A stretch of DNA of 64,000 nucleotides from an uncultured Gammaproteobacteria bacterium (GCA_964587425.1 CAZPLB010000001.1:145518-209517); one strand, 5' to 3'; counted from the first letter of the stretch, positions 1-10,363 are shown. Notes: generated by a model not told the origin, from the letters alone. Made by a program: numbers and translations.

Positions 1-876
1 ATTGAGGGACAAGCTCTTGCAACTTTGGCCGTAAATAAACTTCGTGGAACTATTAATGTGTTGGCAGTTAAGGCGCCAGGGTTTGGGGACCGCAGAAAAG
101 AAAGCTTGGAAGATATTGCAATTCTTACTGGTGGAACAGTAATTAGTGAGGACACTGGACGAAAGTTTGAAAGCGTTGAGGTAACTGATTTGGGAAGGGC
201 AGACAAAGTTTGGGCAGACAAAGACAATGCAAGAATAATTGGAGGAAAGGGAACCCTATCTTCAATTAAGACGAGGATTGCAAGTATTAGAGGCCAGATT
301 GCTGAAACAACGTCGGACTTTGACAAAGAGAAGTTGGAAGAGAGACTTGCAAAGCTTTCTGGAGGGGTGGCCGTAATTAATGTTGGAGCTGCAACTGAAG
401 TAGAACTTAATGAGAAGAAAGAAAGAGTAAAAGATGCAGTTGGAGCTACAAAGGCTGCAATTGAAGAGGGAATATTGCCTGGAGGAGGAGTAGCAATGCT
501 TCGAGCTCGTGCTAGTATTCGCACTCTAAAGGGGGAGAATAAAGATGAACAAATTGGAATTGATATAGTGTACGATGCTTTGGATCAACCACTCAGGTGG
601 CTTGTTAAAAATGCAGGTGAGGATGATGGATACATAGTAAAGAAGATTGAGGAATCAAAAGAAATTGATTTTGGATACAATGTTTTGAATGGAAAATTTG
701 GTTCAATGATTAAGTTTGGGATACTTGATCCGTTGAAAGTTACAAGAAGCGGACTATTAAATGCAGCCAGTGTTGCTCAGATGGTACTTACTACTGAGTG
801 TTTGGTTACTGAACTTCTTGAAGAGAAAAAAGAACCGGCAATGCCATCTGGGATGCCTGGTGGAATGGATTTCTAA
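1..876 (+). CDS. groL: Chaperonin GroEL, 5'-truncated by the window edge
   Basis: [29 protein letters not shown] and the C-terminal GMPGGMDF tail; frame is open from base 1. Confidence 0.98.
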   Translation: MEGQALATLAVNKLRGTINVLAVKAPGFGDRRKESLEDIAILTGGTVISEDTGRKFESVEVTDLGRADKVWADKDNARIIGGKGTLSSIKTRIASIRGQIAETTSDFDKEKLEERLAKLSGGVAVINVGAATEVELNEKKERVKDAVGATKAAIEEGILPGGGVAMLRARASIRTLKGENKDEQIGIDIVYDALDQPLRWLVKNAGEDDGYIVKKIEESKEIDFGYNVLNGKFGSMIKFGILDPLKVTRSGLLNAASVAQMVLTTECLVTELLEEKKEPAMPSGMPGGMDF

Positions 877-957
877 CTTCAATTAGAACTGACTTCAAGT
901 GGATACATGTAACCCTTGTATATGAGAAAAATTGTTGCTTCGTGGTACAATTTTAAT

Positions 958-1620
958 GTGGAAAAGAAAGATGATGTAGATAGTGAGAAAAAGATTGAGA
1001 TACCTCAACATGAGATTAAATCCGAAGATGCAAAAAGAGTGAAGACTGTGGTTGAAGAGATTCTTCCTGTTAGTCTTGCCTCTCGTGATTTTGGGGTAAA
1101 GGAAACTGACAACATTAGTCGTGTTGAAATAAAGGAAACTAAAAGAACTTTTTTGAAATTCTTCCTTATAACGTTTGGAGTTACAATGATTTTACTTCTT
1201 CTGGCTGGAGGGGTTTATGTCTATTTAAAAGGTATTGGAGGACAACAAGAGAGGGTACCTGAAACAACTTCTACACCCCCCCCATCTGAAACACCGAGTG
1301 CGACACCAATTTCGGGTTCTACTTCCACACCCAGACCTTTGTCTAGTTATGGCATTAGTATTTTAAATGGAAGCGGGAAGATTGGAGCTGCAACAACGGC
1401 TAAGAATTTATTGGTTAAGGCGGGATTTAAAGTGGCGAGTACTGGGAATGCCGAGAACTTTAACTTTGAAACGACATTGATTCAGGCCAAGGCAAATGTA
1501 AACTCGGATGTGGTTGATAAAATTAAAGAGAGCTTGTCGGCTAGTTTTAAACCTCAGATTGGGGAGACCTTGGACACGGCAGATAAATTCGATATTATTA
1601 TTACTGTTGGATCGCAGTAA
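958..1620 (+). CDS. Membrane-anchored LytR C-terminal (LytR_C) domain protein
   Basis: TM helix, Pro/Thr/Ser linker, ISILNGSGKIGAA...DIIITVG. GTG 958 chosen because TACAAT (946-951) lies 6 nt upstream. Confidence 0.8.
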   Translation: MEKKDDVDSEKKIEIPQHEIKSEDAKRVKTVVEEILPVSLASRDFGVKETDNISRVEIKETKRTFLKFFLITFGVTMILLLLAGGVYVYLKGIGGQQERVPETTSTPPPSETPSATPISGSTSTPRPLSSYGISILNGSGKIGAATTAKNLLVKAGFKVASTGNAENFNFETTLIQAKANVNSDVVDKIKESLSASFKPQIGETLDTADKFDIIITVGSQ

Positions 1621-2260
1621 GAGTACTCCTTGAACGTGAAGGAAGAACAGAGAAAGGGTTAATTGCTCTTCCGTCCTCTCTTATTTCAAGATGTAAATGT
1701 GGTCCAGATGAGTGGCCTGTTGAGCCTGTTGCACCAATCACTGTGTCCAAAGTAACCTCATCACCTTCATGTACGTCAATTCTTGAAAGATGGGCATAAA
1801 GTGAGGTTATGCCATCTCCGTGGTTAATGATGATTGAATTTCCGTATGAAAACTTAGAATGGTCTATTTTTTCAACAACACCTACCATTATTGGTCTTAC
1901 CTGTGTCCCAATTTTAATTGCAAGATCTAGGGCTGGATGCCATATAGAATAGCTTTGGGTTAGGATAAAGCCAGATATGGGGTACTGTATGCCAGATTCG
2001 GTATTTATCTTAATTTCCGGGGAAATTGTGCCTGAATTTGCGACAGCCTCGATTATTGAGTTTTGAGGCAAAGAAAGGCCTAGATCAACAGATGAAACAA
2101 GGCTATTTGTGGGTAATAATCCTCCTGCAATCATGGCTAGAGCTAGGTTTGCCCCAGTTAGTTTTTTAATGATTTGTCCATGGGTGACTAGCCACCTTAT
2201 TGCTTTTGATTTAAGCACAGTAAGGTGCGACAAGGGGAGAATGTTTATGATTTTTATCAT
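1601..2260 (-). CDS. M23 family metallopeptidase
   Basis: HPALD, YGNSIIINH, LYAHL, GSTGHSSGPHLHLEI motifs. Confidence 0.92.
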   Translation of the reverse strand: MIKIINILPLSHLTVLKSKAIRWLVTHGQIIKKLTGANLALAMIAGGLLPTNSLVSSVDLGLSLPQNSIIEAVANSGTISPEIKINTESGIQYPISGFILTQSYSIWHPALDLAIKIGTQVRPIMVGVVEKIDHSKFSYGNSIIINHGDGITSLYAHLSRIDVHEGDEVTLDTVIGATGSTGHSSGPHLHLEIREDGRAINPFSVLPSRSRSTLTAIQQ

Positions 2261-2391
2261 ATTCGTCCCAATCGGCCAGAGCCTTGTGGGACAAAAAGTG
2301 ACCTAAAAGTATGACCTTTGGGCCACTAAAAAATCTCGCTTAATATAGGCGAGATTGAAGCTATTGTAGGCTAAATGTGCCTGAAAGTCAA
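2261..2391 (-). promoter_or_regulatory. Sigma70-type promoter and three-hairpin 5' leader of the M23 gene
   Basis: Minus-strand TTGACT (2391-2386), 17 nt, TACAAT (2368-2363), then three consecutive stem-loops spanning 2356-2262. Confidence 0.6.
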
Positions 2392-2399
2392 GTTTTGGG

Positions 2400-2471
2400 A
2401 GGCCGGAGCGGGAATCGAACCCGCGCATATTCGTTTTGCAGACGAAAGTGTTTCCTCTTCACCATCCGGCC
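2400..2471 (-). tRNA. tRNA-Cys (GCA)
   Basis: GGCCGGA/TCCGGCC acceptor stem, TTCGT-CTGCAAA-ACGAA anticodon arm, GCGGG-TTCGATT-CCCGC T arm, U discriminator. It is followed by CCCA rather than an exact CCA. Confidence 0.95.
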
Positions 2472-2517
2472 AAGGGCTTGCGATATTATACAATAAATTT
2501 GCTAAACTTGATTACTT

Positions 2518-3339
2518 ATGGATGGGAAAAAGATAACGCTATTTCTTGGATTTTTAATAGTGCTTATTTGTATTGGTTTTTTAGTGTTTAAATTTTTTAA
2601 ACCAAGGGCTGCTGGACTTTCGATTGAGGCAAATATTGCCTCGAATGTTTATTTAGATGGCAAAAAGGTGGGGATTACTCCATTTGATGGAAGTGTTCCA
2701 GCGGGGGATGGGAGAGTCTTAAGACTGATACCAGTTGATTCTCACTATGGTTCATATTTTTTTGAAACGAAGCTAAATCTTATTTCTGGAATTAAAACTG
2801 TGGTTCGAGAGAATCTAGGGGAAAGCGATGCCGATACTTCTGGCGAAGTTGTTTCCCTGCAGAAGAGTGTAATGGATGATCTGGCTCTGTCTGTGGTCTC
2901 AAACCCCGATGCTGCGCAGGTGTCAATTGATGGTATTTCCCGCGGTTTTACTCCTATTCGAGTAGGAAATTTATCCAAAGGGGAGCATGCTGTAACCATA
3001 TCTTTGAGTGGATATGGTTCTAGATCTTTTTTGGTAAAGACGGTTCCTGGGTTCATGGTAACTATTCTTGTTAAACTAAATATTGAAAAAAAGGTAGAAA
3101 AAGTTGAGCCGAGCCAGAATGTATCCATTGTTCGAATTCTTGATACCCCTACTGGATTCTTGAGAGTTCGTGAAAAACCGTCAACTGTTTCATCTGAGGT
3201 TGGGCAGGTGAGACCTGGTGAAACATATGAGTTAATTTCAAAGGATGAAAAACTTGGATGGTTGCAAATTAAACTGGATGGAAAGGACGGATGGATATCT
3301 GATGATTATGCAACTATCTCTTCAACTCTTAAAAAGTGA
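2518..3339 (+). CDS. PEGA-domain + bacterial SH3 domain membrane-anchored protein
   Basis: N-terminal TM, two PEGA-like units (VYLDGKKVGITP; SNPDAAQVSIDG..RGFTP), C-terminal LRVREKPS...GWLQI..GWIS. Confidence 0.85.
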   Translation: MDGKKITLFLGFLIVLICIGFLVFKFFKPRAAGLSIEANIASNVYLDGKKVGITPFDGSVPAGDGRVLRLIPVDSHYGSYFFETKLNLISGIKTVVRENLGESDADTSGEVVSLQKSVMDDLALSVVSNPDAAQVSIDGISRGFTPIRVGNLSKGEHAVTISLSGYGSRSFLVKTVPGFMVTILVKLNIEKKVEKVEPSQNVSIVRILDTPTGFLRVREKPSTVSSEVGQVRPGETYELISKDEKLGWLQIKLDGKDGWISDDYATISSTLKK

Positions 3340-4270
3340 AGGCTATACGGCCGTAAAGGATCCATATCAACAATCCTGTCCAGATTGCAACCGATGTGAC
3401 AAGTGGAATATCGGTTAATAACATTTTTTCTGGGGCTTCACTTCTTCCCTCAAAAATTAGAGCTTGGTATCTCATGATTGCAAAAATGGCAATTGGAATA
3501 GTTATCATGAGAAGCTTACTAATGGTTGTTGTCTTTGAGAACTCTGCAAGAAAAAGCCAAAGGTTCATTGGAACTTCCTGGGGCTCAAAAAAGGTGAAAA
3601 GAGCCCAGCTCATCCAGGCTGCATTTGCAAACATGGTGACATATGAATTGAGGAGCTCTCTTGAATAGCGGGACAAGGACTGGCGAGTTGTAGCACCTTC
3701 CCCTGAGTTTGTGAGTTCTGCTCTTCTTTTGCCCGACGCTAGGAAAAGGGCAACTGAAATTACACAAAGTAGGAACCAAACTGAAAGATGGGCATCAATG
3801 GCAAAGGCACCTGCGTAAATTCTAATAACAAAACCGGCTGCAATAATGATTATATCTATGATTGCAATGTGTTTTAGGACAGTTGAGTAGGCTACCTGCA
3901 TAATTAGGTAAATTAGGGTGAGGATGAAGAGCTGGCCTGATATGATTCCTGCCAACTGGAGGGCAAATACCCCCAACACTATGCACTCAATTATTGCAAT
4001 CGGAATGGGGAGTTTTCCGCTTGCTATTGGTCTATTTTTTTTGATTGGATGGAGTCTATCTTTTGATGCATCAAAAATATCATTGAAGATATATGTAGCC
4101 GAGGCTGCTAGGCCAAAAACAATGAAGGTCCAAAATACTTTAATAAATAGCTGGTGGTTATAGAGATTACCTGAAAATATTAGAGCTGCAAAAATGCTGA
4201 GATTTTTAACCCAGTGTATTGGTCTTGCAACTTTTATTGCTCCTTTGATTTGGGCCGGTATGTTAACCAT
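3329..4270 (-). CDS. UbiA-family prenyltransferase (decaprenyl-phosphate phosphoribosyltransferase-like)
   Basis: RPIHWVKN, YIFNDIFDASKDRLHPIKKNRPIASG, GKRRAE. Confidence 0.9.
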   Translation of the reverse strand: MVNIPAQIKGAIKVARPIHWVKNLSIFAALIFSGNLYNHQLFIKVFWTFIVFGLAASATYIFNDIFDASKDRLHPIKKNRPIASGKLPIPIAIIECIVLGVFALQLAGIISGQLFILTLIYLIMQVAYSTVLKHIAIIDIIIIAAGFVIRIYAGAFAIDAHLSVWFLLCVISVALFLASGKRRAELTNSGEGATTRQSLSRYSRELLNSYVTMFANAAWMSWALFTFFEPQEVPMNLWLFLAEFSKTTTISKLLMITIPIAIFAIMRYQALIFEGRSEAPEKMLLTDIPLVTSVAIWTGLLIWILYGRIAFTF

Positions 4271-5262
4271 AATATTAAGCCTCCTATGAGAACTACTACA
4301 CCGACCATTGTATATAACTTGGAGCTAGTGTTCAAATTTAAGCTCAGAAAAGCGAGGAGTGCAGTGATTATCCAATAGAAAAGAGCTACTTGGGTTTTGG
4401 TAAGGCCGGCATCCAAGAGTTTGTGGTGGAGATGGCCTCGGTCACCCCAAAAAGGAGATTTTCCAGAGACAATACGTCGCACAATTACATAGCCTGTATC
4501 AACCAAAGGAACTGCAAGTACTACTAATAGTGTTCCTACTTTGGCAGTAGATAGTATCGAAAGGATCCCTAAGAAAAAACCTGCAAGATTGGATCCGGCA
4601 AAACTTGGCATAATTTTCTGTGGGTATATGTGCCACGGCAAGAATCCTAAATATGAAGCTGAAACTATTGCTGCCAGGATAATTACTGGCCACTGAGTAA
4701 TGTCAGCGCTAAATTTTAAGGATAATAAGGCTATTGTTGCAGCTGCTATTGCAACAACCCCTGAGAGTTGGCCATCGACTCCTTTTGCGCCAAAATTCAG
4801 ACCATTCATTAGAAAGACTATCCAGAAAATGGCGAGGACGTCTGCAATGATTGGTGAAAGATTAATGACTCCCCCTCCAGGATTTGTTATGAAACTAATC
4901 CCAATACCGCTAATGACTGGGATAGCTGCTGCTATAAATTGTATTACAAGCCTTAGGTATGGATTTAGATTGTATTTATCGTCAAGAAGGCCAACAATTA
5001 AGATTATGGTTGCCCCAATTAAAATTCCTGACAGATGTCTGTCAAGGGGTAGGAAGATCAGAGATGAAATTAATATACCAAGATAGATGGCTAGTCCCCC
5101 ACCTCTTGGGGTGGCAACTGTATGAATAACCTTTGGGTGCTTATTTTTTTTCGGGTCGTCAATAAGTCCCAGTTTCCAAGCAATTCTAATAACTAGTGGA
5201 GTGGAAAGACACGAGACGGCTAGTGCTACTAAAAATGGCGGAAGAATTAAATTTATGTTCAT
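4234..5262 (-). CDS. MraY/WecA/TagO-family undecaprenyl-phosphate GlcNAc-1-P transferase
   Basis: HTVATPRGGG, GLLDD, GVDG, VPLVDT..VIVRR, GDRGHLHHKL; multi-TM. Confidence 0.9.
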   Translation of the reverse strand: MNINLILPPFLVALAVSCLSTPLVIRIAWKLGLIDDPKKNKHPKVIHTVATPRGGGLAIYLGILISSLIFLPLDRHLSGILIGATIILIVGLLDDKYNLNPYLRLVIQFIAAAIPVISGIGISFITNPGGGVINLSPIIADVLAIFWIVFLMNGLNFGAKGVDGQLSGVVAIAAATIALLSLKFSADITQWPVIILAAIVSASYLGFLPWHIYPQKIMPSFAGSNLAGFFLGILSILSTAKVGTLLVVLAVPLVDTGYVIVRRIVSGKSPFWGDRGHLHHKLLDAGLTKTQVALFYWIITALLAFLSLNLNTSSKLYTMVGVVVLIGGLILWLTYRPKSKEQ

Positions 5263-5263
5263 A

Positions 5264-5593
5264 TTAAAACTTTCCGACAAGTAGGAATATTTTTATGGTT
5301 GTGATTAGGGCTAAGGATGTGGCCACAATGACTAGGGCAGTCAGGAGTTTTCGTACGAAGTCATCCCGTATTTTTTTTATCAAAAGAAGATTTGTTGTTG
5401 CGATCATTAATGCTATTAGAGTTGGAATAGTGAGGCCGGTTTTGGGAGATAGTTGACCCTCTCCTCGAGGGAGTCCGTAGAAAAGTGGAATTAGAGGGGG
5501 GAGGTTATTTTGCAGAAGAAAAATGCCCCCGGCTACTACTATATTTATAAAGAGGGCAGTTATTTGAACTTTTAAAAAGTCTTTTTCATCCAT
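5264..5593 (-). CDS. Small three-TM membrane protein
   Basis: Hydrophobic helices, LPPLIPLFY motif; operonic with its neighbours. Confidence 0.65.
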   Translation of the reverse strand: MDEKDFLKVQITALFINIVVAGGIFLLQNNLPPLIPLFYGLPRGEGQLSPKTGLTIPTLIALMIATTNLLLIKKIRDDFVRKLLTALVIVATSLALITTIKIFLLVGKF

Positions 5594-7032
5594 ATTTCAT
5601 TACCGCCCTCGTTTGAAATTAACACATAGTTTTTAGTCGCAAACTTCTTTAACACTTCAAAGGTGTCTGCATTTGCAAGAATAACTATCCAAGGAGGCGG
5701 GTTTTGGGACAATTCCTTTATTGTCTTTTCTTTACTTGAGAAATCATAGATATGATATGCGGCAGTGTATTTAATTGAAGGGAGTCGGCGTGAAAGGGCA
5801 TATATTGGGGCTGAATCTCCCCAGACAAATATTCTATCTTTAGGAGAAGATACTTTCCTCAAAAAGTCTGATACTTTGTATGTGGTATTAACACTTTTAT
5901 CAAACTCTGAGAAATATTCCTCTTTTGTAATGTTATTTGTGGCAAAATTAAAAAATCTTTGATAGTAAGAGGCTGTTGGGTAGTAGTAGAACTTAAAGTA
6001 AACTGGGACCAGTAAAGCTAAAAATAGCGGTATTACTGCAAGAACTTGTTCTAGTTTTTGTGAAGCCAGGAGAAATGCTACAAGAATAGCAATGGCAGGA
6101 GTTACTTGTAGGAAGTAATGTGGGTATGGACGGCCCGAGAGTGTGCTTGCAAAAAGTTCAAAGAGAAGAATGAAACAAGCAAAAAGAAATGCTTTGTCTA
6201 ATTTTTTTCTGTAAAAGAAAAGTACTCCACTTCCCCCAAGAACTATCAGTCCCCTAATAATCAGGGGCGTGTTTCGACTAATGAAGGATCCTGTTTTCTG
6301 GCCAGTAAAGGACGAGAGATATCCGAAGTTTTGAAGGAAGGCTGCATTTAAATATTCAGGAAGAGCTCCTTTAATATAGTACCAGGCAAATGTTATCAGT
6401 ATTGGTACCAAGAAGAACACACCTGCTAATAGTATACTTTTGATGTTTTTGCCTAGATTTATTTTTGTAGAGGTGAGAATTAAGAAGACAAACAAACCCA
6501 ACATGTCAAAGACTGCGGGTACCTTGAATAGGACTGCAAGGGCAAACATAATTCCAGCGAGCATTATTCTTTTTGGGTTCTGGCTTGAAAAAAGAAGTAG
6601 AAATGCTGCAAGAGTTGGGATGAGCATGAAATTTTCGGCGTTGGCAATGTTTCCCTCAAGAAGAGGAAGGGTTGTGAGAACTGCAAATACTACTGTTGAA
6701 ATTTTAACTAGCTTTTCCTCTTTTTTAAATAAATTCTGTGCTAGTTTCCAAAAGAGAAAAGTGGCGATTACTCCTGAAAACATCAATAACACTTTGAACC
6801 AGAAGAGGTTTCCAGCAATAGCTGCAACTAAGTAAAGCAAAGGGGGTTTGTTGTCGTGGATATCTTTGTAAAGCGTCAGGCCATTCCTTACTGCATTGCC
6901 CAGGGTGAGATATATCATCTCGTCTCCATAGTAATAGGGTTCAAAGAGGTTGGGGATGCGGAGGGCTATGATGAGGGCAAACACAGCTGTTAGCCAGTGG
7001 GGAGTGTGGATTTTATCGAGATACTTGTGCAT
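5572..7032 (-). CDS. GT-C superfamily glycosyltransferase (ArnT/GT39-like)
   Basis: DE motif after TM1 (YGDEMIY), LYKDIHDNKPP, many TMs, YPHYF. Confidence 0.8.
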   Translation of the reverse strand: MHKYLDKIHTPHWLTAVFALIIALRIPNLFEPYYYGDEMIYLTLGNAVRNGLTLYKDIHDNKPPLLYLVAAIAGNLFWFKVLLMFSGVIATFLFWKLAQNLFKKEEKLVKISTVVFAVLTTLPLLEGNIANAENFMLIPTLAAFLLLFSSQNPKRIMLAGIMFALAVLFKVPAVFDMLGLFVFLILTSTKINLGKNIKSILLAGVFFLVPILITFAWYYIKGALPEYLNAAFLQNFGYLSSFTGQKTGSFISRNTPLIIRGLIVLGGSGVLFFYRKKLDKAFLFACFILLFELFASTLSGRPYPHYFLQVTPAIAILVAFLLASQKLEQVLAVIPLFLALLVPVYFKFYYYPTASYYQRFFNFATNNITKEEYFSEFDKSVNTTYKVSDFLRKVSSPKDRIFVWGDSAPIYALSRRLPSIKYTAAYHIYDFSSKEKTIKELSQNPPPWIVILANADTFEVLKKFATKNYVLISNEGGNEIWMKKTF

Positions 7033-7077
7033 CTTACCTTTGAGTATATGCCAAGAATACTCGAGATATCAATCCAG

Positions 7078-7413
7078 TCATTGACTGCCGTTGCCATTTA
7101 GATGTTTGGTTATTTGTTCATTGAAAATTGGAGTTATTTTATCATCACCTTCTTTTTTATTTTTACGGAATTTGTCATAGCTATATATCAAGGGTGTTAA
7201 TTGTTCTCTTAGTGGACATGTTTCTAGACCGGGATGATTTCTGAGAGTGGCCGCGATTTCTGTTCCAGTCATTGGTTCGATCTTTATTTCTTGTGGATAG
7301 GCTAACTTTCTTGAAAGCGACATGATTAAGCAAGGTTGACCTGCATTGTGTTTGCAGCTTGCTATGCCACACTCTTCTCCGTTCGTTTTGTCTATATCTA
7401 TTTCTTGATCCAT
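7078..7413 (-). CDS. Hypothetical protein with four Cys (orphan)
   Basis: 111-aa ORF filling the gap between co-oriented genes. Confidence 0.55.
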   Translation of the reverse strand: MDQEIDIDKTNGEECGIASCKHNAGQPCLIMSLSRKLAYPQEIKIEPMTGTEIAATLRNHPGLETCPLREQLTPLIYSYDKFRKNKKEGDDKITPIFNEQITKHLNGNGSQ

Positions 7414-7429
7414 TAACTTTTGTTTGTTA

Positions 7430-8911
7430 TCAAACTTTTTCAGTGACTTTGTATTCTATGTATTTTCCAAGCATTAGTCTAGTGTGGGCATCAATTCCTG
7501 GGAGAGCTGAAAAGAAAAAACCTGCAATTGGCATGAGTACAAATTCAAGTGGAACAAGAAGTTTTCTCCAGAAGGGGAAATGTGATTTTGGTTTATAGAA
7601 CCCGTCTATAATCAGCGTTAATACTAGAAAGCCTAGACCTATGGTGAGGGCTGTGGATGAGAGTTTTGGAACGGTATAGCCAAGGGTTGTTCTTCCAAAA
7701 GCTGGATTAATTAATGTTGGGATAGTAAGCCCTATTGTGATGAAGAACCAATTAACTGGCCACATGAAATGAGACTGAAGGACATGAAGAAGTCTTAGTG
7801 TTTTATCAATAAATGGTACCCCTGGGGTGAAGAGATAGTTTCTAATTATCCAAGGATCGTCGGATGCACCCCATGCCCATCTTTTTAGCTGTTCGTATTG
7901 AATTTTTAGTGTTTTTATATATGTTGGACCTTGGGCAGCGTCAGCATAGAGAGGAAGGTATATTGGTTCCACTTCAACTTTACCTCTTTTTTTGTAATAT
8001 GCTTTAAAAAATATTCCCCAATCTTCTGGAATTTTGTCCGGGTCCCAGTAATCAACTTCGTCTAGGAGTTTAAATGAAAGTGAATAGTTTTGCTGGTTTA
8101 TTAACCTCTCACGCCTTGGAAGTTGGGAAAGATTCCAAATGGAACCCAAGGTATTTTGGACTCTGGTGATTGCAGGGAGTTCCCAAATATTGTTGTAAAA
8201 AAGAACTGCAGGCTGCCAGAAATGTTCATATCTTTTGGGGTTATCTAAGAATTTAAAGGTTAGACAGGCGAAATGTTTGGGGTGATATTTATGGTCTGCA
8301 TCACAACTTGTGATTGTTGTGTAGTTCATGTCTGGTTTTAGATTTTTCTTTACCCAGATGGCTGCATATCTTTCATTACTGGATTTGCCGACAATTTCGT
8401 TGCCGGTTAAGGTATGTACTGTGATGATAAGTTGGTTAAAAGTTTTACCAAATTTGTTTTTTAGATACTTAACCTTTTCAAGTCTATCTGCTTCTGGTTC
8501 CCTTGTTTCCATGCCAAGAACTGGAATTATTTGTTTGGTGTTAAAGTCTTGATCTGCAAGAGACTGAAGAGTTCTTTCTAGAATGTGAACAGGCTCTTTA
8601 TAGGTTGGAATTATTACGACATGCCGTACTTTATCTGTATCTGGAAAACTTTTTAGATCTCCTACCCAGTCATAATTCATTGAAGCTTGGATCCTTAAAT
8701 GAGAGATTATAACTGTAACTGCAATAGTTAGAGATTGGTAGAACCAGTAAACGTTGAAAATTAATATGAAGTAGGCAACTACTTCTGGGATTACTAGTAT
8801 TCCCCAGTACGGGAAAAGGATTAGGTTCCAAGAAACAAAACCAGGGAGAATTTCAAGAAGCCTCAAGAATCTTTTTTCGTGGGCGAGGACATAATTTTTA
8901 ATGAGAGACAT
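7430..8911 (-). CDS. GT2-family integral membrane glycosyltransferase
   Basis: IIPTYKE, DAD (DxD), ED, QLKRW (QxxRW) motifs flanked by TMs. Confidence 0.88.
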   Translation of the reverse strand: MSLIKNYVLAHEKRFLRLLEILPGFVSWNLILFPYWGILVIPEVVAYFILIFNVYWFYQSLTIAVTVIISHLRIQASMNYDWVGDLKSFPDTDKVRHVVIIPTYKEPVHILERTLQSLADQDFNTKQIIPVLGMETREPEADRLEKVKYLKNKFGKTFNQLIITVHTLTGNEIVGKSSNERYAAIWVKKNLKPDMNYTTITSCDADHKYHPKHFACLTFKFLDNPKRYEHFWQPAVLFYNNIWELPAITRVQNTLGSIWNLSQLPRRERLINQQNYSLSFKLLDEVDYWDPDKIPEDWGIFFKAYYKKRGKVEVEPIYLPLYADAAQGPTYIKTLKIQYEQLKRWAWGASDDPWIIRNYLFTPGVPFIDKTLRLLHVLQSHFMWPVNWFFITIGLTIPTLINPAFGRTTLGYTVPKLSSTALTIGLGFLVLTLIIDGFYKPKSHFPFWRKLLVPLEFVLMPIAGFFFSALPGIDAHTRLMLGKYIEYKVTEKV

Positions 8912-8917
8912 GTTTTA

Positions 8918-10363
8918 TTATATCCGAGGGAAGAGTGGTTTATCTGACTTAATTTTTGGTCCTTTGAACAAATCAAGAATAATCTTTGCAGTTTGGGGTA
9001 AGAATGGCTGTAGATTGAACGCAATTGATCTAATGTGGAAGACGAGATGATTTAGGTCCTTTTCAAGTTCCTCTCCAGTTTTTTTCCACACCTCTTCCTC
9101 GTTTATGAACTGGTCTGTTTGAGTTATCTCCTGCCATATTTCTTTAACTGCAAAATCAAATCTATACTCATTTACAAAGCTTTCCACTTTTGGTGAGAAT
9201 GAGAGTTTTGACTCAGGAAATTCGAGTCTTGAATTTTCACAGAGTTTGGCTACTCTCGCTACTAAATTTCCAAGACCATTGGCTAAATCTGATTCGTATG
9301 TTTGAAAAAGTTTTTCTTCGGAGAAGTCACCGTCTTGGAATGGTGAAACTTTGGCAAGACAATAATAGCGGAGTGCATCTGCTCCATGTTCTCCTATTTT
9401 TTTAGTTAATTTATCTAGCAACGGGATCGGGTCGTAAACGTTACCAACGGTTTTGCTCATTTTTTGTCCATTAACTGTAAAATATTCATGAACAAAGATT
9501 TCTTTTGGTAGATCTAATTTTGCAGAGAGAAGGAATGCTGGCCAATAAACTGCATGGAATCGAGTTATACCCTTTCCAATTACATGAATGTCTGCAGGCC
9601 AGTATTTTTTGTAAGTTTTTTCGTTCCAGCCAAAACCAATTCCTGATTGATAAACATTTAAAGCATCGAACCAAACATATATTCTCTGGGTTGGATCGTT
9701 TGGTACTGGTACTCCCCAGTTTTTTGCTCTTTCATTGGAGCGGGAAATACTAATATCTTGGAGAGGTTCCTTTAAGAAAGACAGCACTTCATTTTTTCTG
9801 GTTTCTGGAACTATTTTTATTTTGTTTTTTGTAATAATGTCTATTAGTTCTTTTTGGTATTTGGATAGTGCAAAGAAGTAATTTTCTTCCTCCACCTCTT
9901 CTAATTTTTTGCCTGGGTGTTCGTAGCATTCACCGTTTTTGTCTAGTTCATCTTTTGTGTAGAAGAGCTCACAACCAACGCAGTAGAGCCCTTTATATTT
10001 CTTTTTATAGATATTTCCGTTTTTGTCACAAAGTTCCCAAAGTTTTTGACTTGATGGGTAGTGGTGCTTTTGGTCACTTCCTTTCTGCCAGATATCGAAT
10101 TGGCAATTTAGCTTTTGGGTTAGTTCGACAAATAAATCATTGTTTTTGTCTACAAATTTTTGAATTGGTGTGTTTTCTTTTTCTGAAGCTTGGACATTTT
10201 TGAGGGCGTTTTCATCTCCACCTGAGAGAAGTTTGACGTCTTCACCAAGCAACCTGTGATATTTTGCGAGAACATCACCATAGACAAGCTCTAACGCGTG
10301 CCCAATGTGCGGTTTGGCGTTTACATATGGGATAGCGGTAGTGATATAAAATTTGTTGGCCAT
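8918..10363 (-). CDS. metG: Methionyl-tRNA synthetase (short form)
   Basis: FYITTAIPYVNAKPHIGH, YCVGCE, YVWFDAL, KMSK. Confidence 0.96.
   Translation of the reverse strand: MANKFYITTAIPYVNAKPHIGHALELVYGDVLAKYHRLLGEDVKLLSGGDENALKNVQASEKENTPIQKFVDKNNDLFVELTQKLNCQFDIWQKGSDQKHHYPSSQKLWELCDKNGNIYKKKYKGLYCVGCELFYTKDELDKNGECYEHPGKKLEEVEEENYFFALSKYQKELIDIITKNKIKIVPETRKNEVLSFLKEPLQDISISRSNERAKNWGVPVPNDPTQRIYVWFDALNVYQSGIGFGWNEKTYKKYWPADIHVIGKGITRFHAVYWPAFLLSAKLDLPKEIFVHEYFTVNGQKMSKTVGNVYDPIPLLDKLTKKIGEHGADALRYYCLAKVSPFQDGDFSEEKLFQTYESDLANGLGNLVARVAKLCENSRLEFPESKLSFSPKVESFVNEYRFDFAVKEIWQEITQTDQFINEEEVWKKTGEELEKDLNHLVFHIRSIAFNLQPFLPQTAKIILDLFKGPKIKSDKPLFPRI

Noticed and set aside
2396-2471. tRNA-Cys as an integration site
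   Set aside because: I found no duplicate of its 3' end and no integrase in the window.
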